From a virus (lineage: Duplodnaviria > Caudoviricetes): a stretch of 59,977 bases of DNA. Below, in pieces: positions 56,869 to 59,977 of this stretch; the first letter of the stretch is position 1; each line of letters opens with the position of its first letter. The DNA lies in IMG/VR virus record IMGVR_UViG_3300047281_000067, positions 1 through 59,977 of that record, one strand, 5' to 3'. The notes under the pieces were generated by a model. That model did no database searches and was not told the origin of the DNA. It was given only the letters and a program-made list of their open reading frames with translations. The translations under genes were made by a program, and so were the position numbers.

Positions 56869-57663
56869 ATGAAACGTATTTTGACTCTCTCTATTTTGGC
56901 TGCTGCTGTTTTGGCAACAGGTTGTACTCGTATTGAAACTGGCGAGGTTGGCGTTCGTGTCGGCTTTGACAAACAGGTACAAAGTGGTGAACTGTTGCCT
57001 GGATCTTTCAATCAAACTTTTATCGGTGATGTACTGACATTCCCTATCAAAGACGTTAATGTCACCCTGGAGAATATGACTCCTGTGGCGGCCGACAACT
57101 CCACAATGAAGGACTTTGATGCTGTGGTTGTTTACAACATCAATCCATCGCAGGTGTCAGAATTGTATTCAACTAAGAACAAGAGTTTCCACGCAGAGTT
57201 CAAAGGTGATACTTATGTGATGTACAACTACATTGTGCAAACTGCTCGTAATGCTATCTACAAGGCAGCACGTAAGCACGAAGCATTGGACATGGCTGAC
57301 AAGCGCAATGAAATGGAAAAGTTCATTCAGGATGAGATAGTGCGTAACATGGCTGAAGAAAAGCTGGACGGTGCAATCACTATCAGCCAAGTAATGATTC
57401 GTAATGTTGTGCCTAGCGACACCGTTGTTGAAAGTGCCAATGCGTTGGTTCGTAGTAAGAACGAATTGAAGCAGAAGGAAGTTGAAGTTAAGACTGCCGA
57501 AGCTGAAAGCCGTCGTATGGCAGCATTGGCTAATAACTCCGGTGCATCAATTGCATTCATGCAAGCCCAGGCTATGTTGAATGTATCCGAGGGTATTAAG
57601 AACGGCAAGGTCCAAACTATTGTTGTTCCTAGTAACTTCAATGCATTGATGATGCCTAAGTAA
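56869..57663 (+). CDS. SPFH/Band 7 (prohibitin) lipoprotein
   Basis: AAGGA RBS; LATGC lipobox, RIETGEVGVR, C-terminal coiled coil. Confidence 0.85.
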   Translation: MKRILTLSILAAAVLATGCTRIETGEVGVRVGFDKQVQSGELLPGSFNQTFIGDVLTFPIKDVNVTLENMTPVAADNSTMKDFDAVVVYNINPSQVSELYSTKNKSFHAEFKGDTYVMYNYIVQTARNAIYKAARKHEALDMADKRNEMEKFIQDEIVRNMAEEKLDGAITISQVMIRNVVPSDTVVESANALVRSKNELKQKEVEVKTAEAESRRMAALANNSGASIAFMQAQAMLNVSEGIKNGKVQTIVVPSNFNALMMPK

Positions 57664-57713
57664 TGGTACAATAGTAGTCAATATAGAAAAATAATTTAAC
57701 TAAAGGAAATAAA

Positions 57714-58028
57714 ATGGCATTCGCAACAATCAGTGTTAGTAACGGTGTAGAAATTAGACAAGCACCAATTGGATTCTCTTGGACAACTTTCTTGTTCGGC
57801 GGCTGGCCCGCAATCTTTCGTCAAGATTGGCTGATGGGCGCTGTTATCTTGGTACTGAGTTTGTTTACTTGGGGCATTGCAGGAATGGTCTTTGCGTTCT
57901 TCTACAACAAGATTTATCTGAAATCATTGTTTGAGAAAGGTTACAAGATCCACGCATTGCCCGGTAATGTGACTGAGGATCAGATCAAAGCATTTACTGG
58001 TTACATTACATTGCCCGGTCGAGAGTAA
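57714..58028 (+). CDS. membrane protein (GFSWT family)
   Basis: APIGFSWTTFLFGGWPAIFR, YNKIY. Confidence 0.7.
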   Translation: MAFATISVSNGVEIRQAPIGFSWTTFLFGGWPAIFRQDWLMGAVILVLSLFTWGIAGMVFAFFYNKIYLKSLFEKGYKIHALPGNVTEDQIKAFTGYITLPGRE

Positions 58029-58105
58029 TATTACTCCAGAGTTTGGTTGACATTAAATCCGAACTCTGCTATAATAGATACTTAAACAGCAACAAGGAGC
58101 ACAAG

Positions 58106-58276
58106 ATGATCAAGTTTAACTATTACACAGCATTCGAAGAAGGTAACATTGGCACTCGTGTTGTGTTTGCTTGGCCCGCAGGTGAATCTCCTCACCAAAG
58201 CGAGAATCACTTTCAAATACGTGGTCCTTGGTTTACGCAAGAAGCCGCTGAACAAGCATTGAAAGAAGAAAAATGA
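58106..58276 (+). CDS. hypothetical protein
   Basis: AAGGAG RBS after the promoter at 58047. Confidence 0.55.
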   Translation: MIKFNYYTAFEEGNIGTRVVFAWPAGESPHQSENHFQIRGPWFTQEAAEQALKEEK

Positions 58277-58506
58277 ACGAACGAATTCGACAACTTTACG
58301 ACCAGGCTATCATAATTGAAGATGGTGGAGATTATGTCTGTGGTGAATTGGATCCAGAAAAGTTCGCTGAGTTGATTGTTCGGGAATGTGCCGAATTGTG
58401 TAATAGTGTCGCAACACAACACGACAACAATAATGAAACAAAGGCAGAAGTAGGTGCCTGGGATTGCCGTAGAACTATCAAAGAACATTTCGGAGTTGAA
58501 GAATGA
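58273..58506 (+). CDS. hypothetical protein (MNERI...KFAELI...HFGV family)
   Basis: paralogous to the ORF at 58811. Confidence 0.7.
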   Translation: MNERIRQLYDQAIIIEDGGDYVCGELDPEKFAELIVRECAELCNSVATQHDNNNETKAEVGAWDCRRTIKEHFGVEE

Positions 58507-58814
58507 TTAGAAAACTATTTACAATTGCTAAGTCTGCTGCTAACACATGGACTCCGTTGGTGCGCAATGCTAAAATTATGGAAGAGGTCGGAGAGTTTTC
58601 CGAAGCGTTACTATTCAAGTTAGGACATTTGCCACACAAGACTATGAAAGAGCCAATCGAAGGCGAAGCTGCTGACGTTATCATCTGCGTAATTGACGCG
58701 CTGCAAAGTGTTTATCCTGATTTGACCGTAGATGAATTGAGTGATATGCTGCAACAACAACTTGACAGAAAATCTCAAAAGTGGACAGATGTTATGTCCA
58801 AGAGAGTGACATGA
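58503..58814 (+). CDS. MazG-like NTP pyrophosphohydrolase
   Basis: KIMEEVGEF, EAADVIIC. Confidence 0.75.
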   Translation: MIRKLFTIAKSAANTWTPLVRNAKIMEEVGEFSEALLFKLGHLPHKTMKEPIEGEAADVIICVIDALQSVYPDLTVDELSDMLQQQLDRKSQKWTDVMSKRVT

Positions 58815-59029
58815 ACGAACGAGTTAAAGAACTATTACTGGCTGCAGGAGTTAACGATAACTGGAACGAAGCAGACTGGTATAGCTTGAGTCCAGAAATG
58901 GTTCAAAAGTTCGCCGAATTGATTATTAAAGACTGTGCTAGGGTAGCATTTGAAAGCGATTTGACAATGGCTATAGGACAATGGGGTGCCGACTCTGCAA
59001 TTTTAAAACATTTTGGAGTAACAGAATGA
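58811..59029 (+). CDS. hypothetical protein (MNERV...KFAELI...HFGV family)
   Basis: paralogous to the ORF at 58273. Confidence 0.7.
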   Translation: MNERVKELLLAAGVNDNWNEADWYSLSPEMVQKFAELIIKDCARVAFESDLTMAIGQWGADSAILKHFGVTE

Positions 59030-59196
59030 GTGAAGAAATAAGTGACTTGATTAGACAATACATCAAGGACAATTTACGGCTTGAGGTTAGGACAGATTCC
59101 ATATACAATGGTGGCAGTGACGGTCCCATGTACACCGACTGTCACAGTATTCAACTTATTCTTGATAATGAAGTAATCAGTGAAGTGAGTTTATAA
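59026..59196 (+). CDS. hypothetical protein
   Basis: ATGA coupling. Confidence 0.55.
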   Translation: MSEEISDLIRQYIKDNLRLEVRTDSIYNGGSDGPMYTDCHSIQLILDNEVISEVSL

Positions 59197-59447
59197 TGAA
59201 AACAAATCGTGGATTTACCCTTATCGAACTGATGATTACTATTGTAATTGTAATGGTCGTTTGTACAATTGGTTTTAACTTTTACATTGGGTCCCAAAAT
59301 GGATTCAGCAACGTTAGCATGGGCATCAACGGTATGACCGAATCACGATGTATTGATGGCTACAAGTTTATCATCGGGCAAGATGGAAACTCACGCCAGA
59401 TCATGGACAGTGTTGGTCACGGTGTTCAGTGTGGAGGAATGAAATAA
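59196..59447 (+). CDS. prepilin-type N-terminal cleavage/methylation domain protein
   Basis: RGFTLIELMITIVIV, C-terminal CIDGYKF...C. Confidence 0.8.
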   Translation: MKTNRGFTLIELMITIVIVMVVCTIGFNFYIGSQNGFSNVSMGINGMTESRCIDGYKFIIGQDGNSRQIMDSVGHGVQCGGMK

Positions 59448-59746
59448 TGTTTAATTGGTTCAAACGCCCTGTCTATACAGAGCAAACTTCAGCAACAGAT
59501 GATATGATGCTCGGCAACTATCCAGGTCATGTACCGCCAAGGCCCCTTCCATCACCGACTCTGCTATCGCCTAGAGACACAACAAATGATGATTCACTAT
59601 ATACAATCGGGTGTAACAATGCAGGGATGGTTCAATTGCGTATGAACGGTCAGGCCGGCGCTACGACACTCACGATGAATAAAGCCGCAGTACGATCAAT
59701 GATTCGTCAGCTTGAAGCAGCATTACCCGAAGAGGATACAGAATGA
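59447..59746 (+). CDS. hypothetical protein
   Basis: TAATG coupling, GGAGG RBS. Confidence 0.6.
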   Translation: MFNWFKRPVYTEQTSATDDMMLGNYPGHVPPRPLPSPTLLSPRDTTNDDSLYTIGCNNAGMVQLRMNGQAGATTLTMNKAAVRSMIRQLEAALPEEDTE

Positions 59747-59937
59747 CACCGGGCAAATATCTATTCTTCTCGGGACTAATTTATTTTGTAGTAGCAATGA
59801 TAAACATTTTTGTCTATCCATTTACTAACACTGACTATATTCAATTTATATGGTTGTTTACGCTATGTGCGCCATTCTTCATTCCCGTTATGGCACAGTG
59901 GGTAGGTGTTAAGCTGTTCTTTAGGAAAGTAAAATGA
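59743..59937 (+). CDS. small membrane protein
   Basis: two hydrophobic segments. Confidence 0.55.
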   Translation: MTPGKYLFFSGLIYFVVAMINIFVYPFTNTDYIQFIWLFTLCAPFFIPVMAQWVGVKLFFRKVK

Positions 59938-59977
59938 TATTACACTGGCCTCAAATTACAATAATTGCGTTGCTGTC

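Noticed and set aside
1-59977. Stop-codon reassignment
   Set aside because: Conserved genes (nrdA, nrdB, metK, iscU) are intact in code 11, TAG and TGA end ORFs normally, and no CUA/UCA suppressor tRNA was found

Overview
Fragment of a large dsDNA (jumbo/huge, T4-like myovirus-type) phage genome, transcribed essentially entirely on the + strand. The host is probably a betaproteobacterium (inferred from the Bug/TctC, IscU and rubrerythrin genes). Layout: two repeat-rich fibre genes, then nrdA/nrdB/grx, PAAR, a SleB-type hydrolase, metK and iscU; an ~18 kb RNA island (about 19.0-37.1 kb) with 43 recognisable tRNAs covering all 20 amino acids (if a CAU tRNA is Met) plus many tRNA-like RNAs; rpoZ, MTA/SAH nucleosidase, Bug, rubrerythrin/rubredoxin, an ATP-grasp protein and a TROVE/Ro60-like vWA protein; then many small early genes behind consensus sigma70 promoters. 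Three patterns stand out. (1) Nine Y-RNA-like ncRNAs share a terminal helix (UAGGAU..CAGCAA / AUCCUGUU) and carry interchangeable cargo: isolated anticodon stem-loops for Thr, Lys, Lys, Tyr and Asp, a YrlA-type permuted tRNA elbow, and one tRNA with the motif permuted into its anticodon arm. Three copies lie beside the Ro60-like gene. (2) About 21 hairpins share a conserved ~19 bp stem and alternate with CCA-ending tRNA-like spacers. (3) A leader-peptide attenuator whose 56 codons encode all 20 amino acids sits in front of the tRNA island. All calls were made by eye without database searches, and coordinates of non-canonical RNAs may be off by a few nt.
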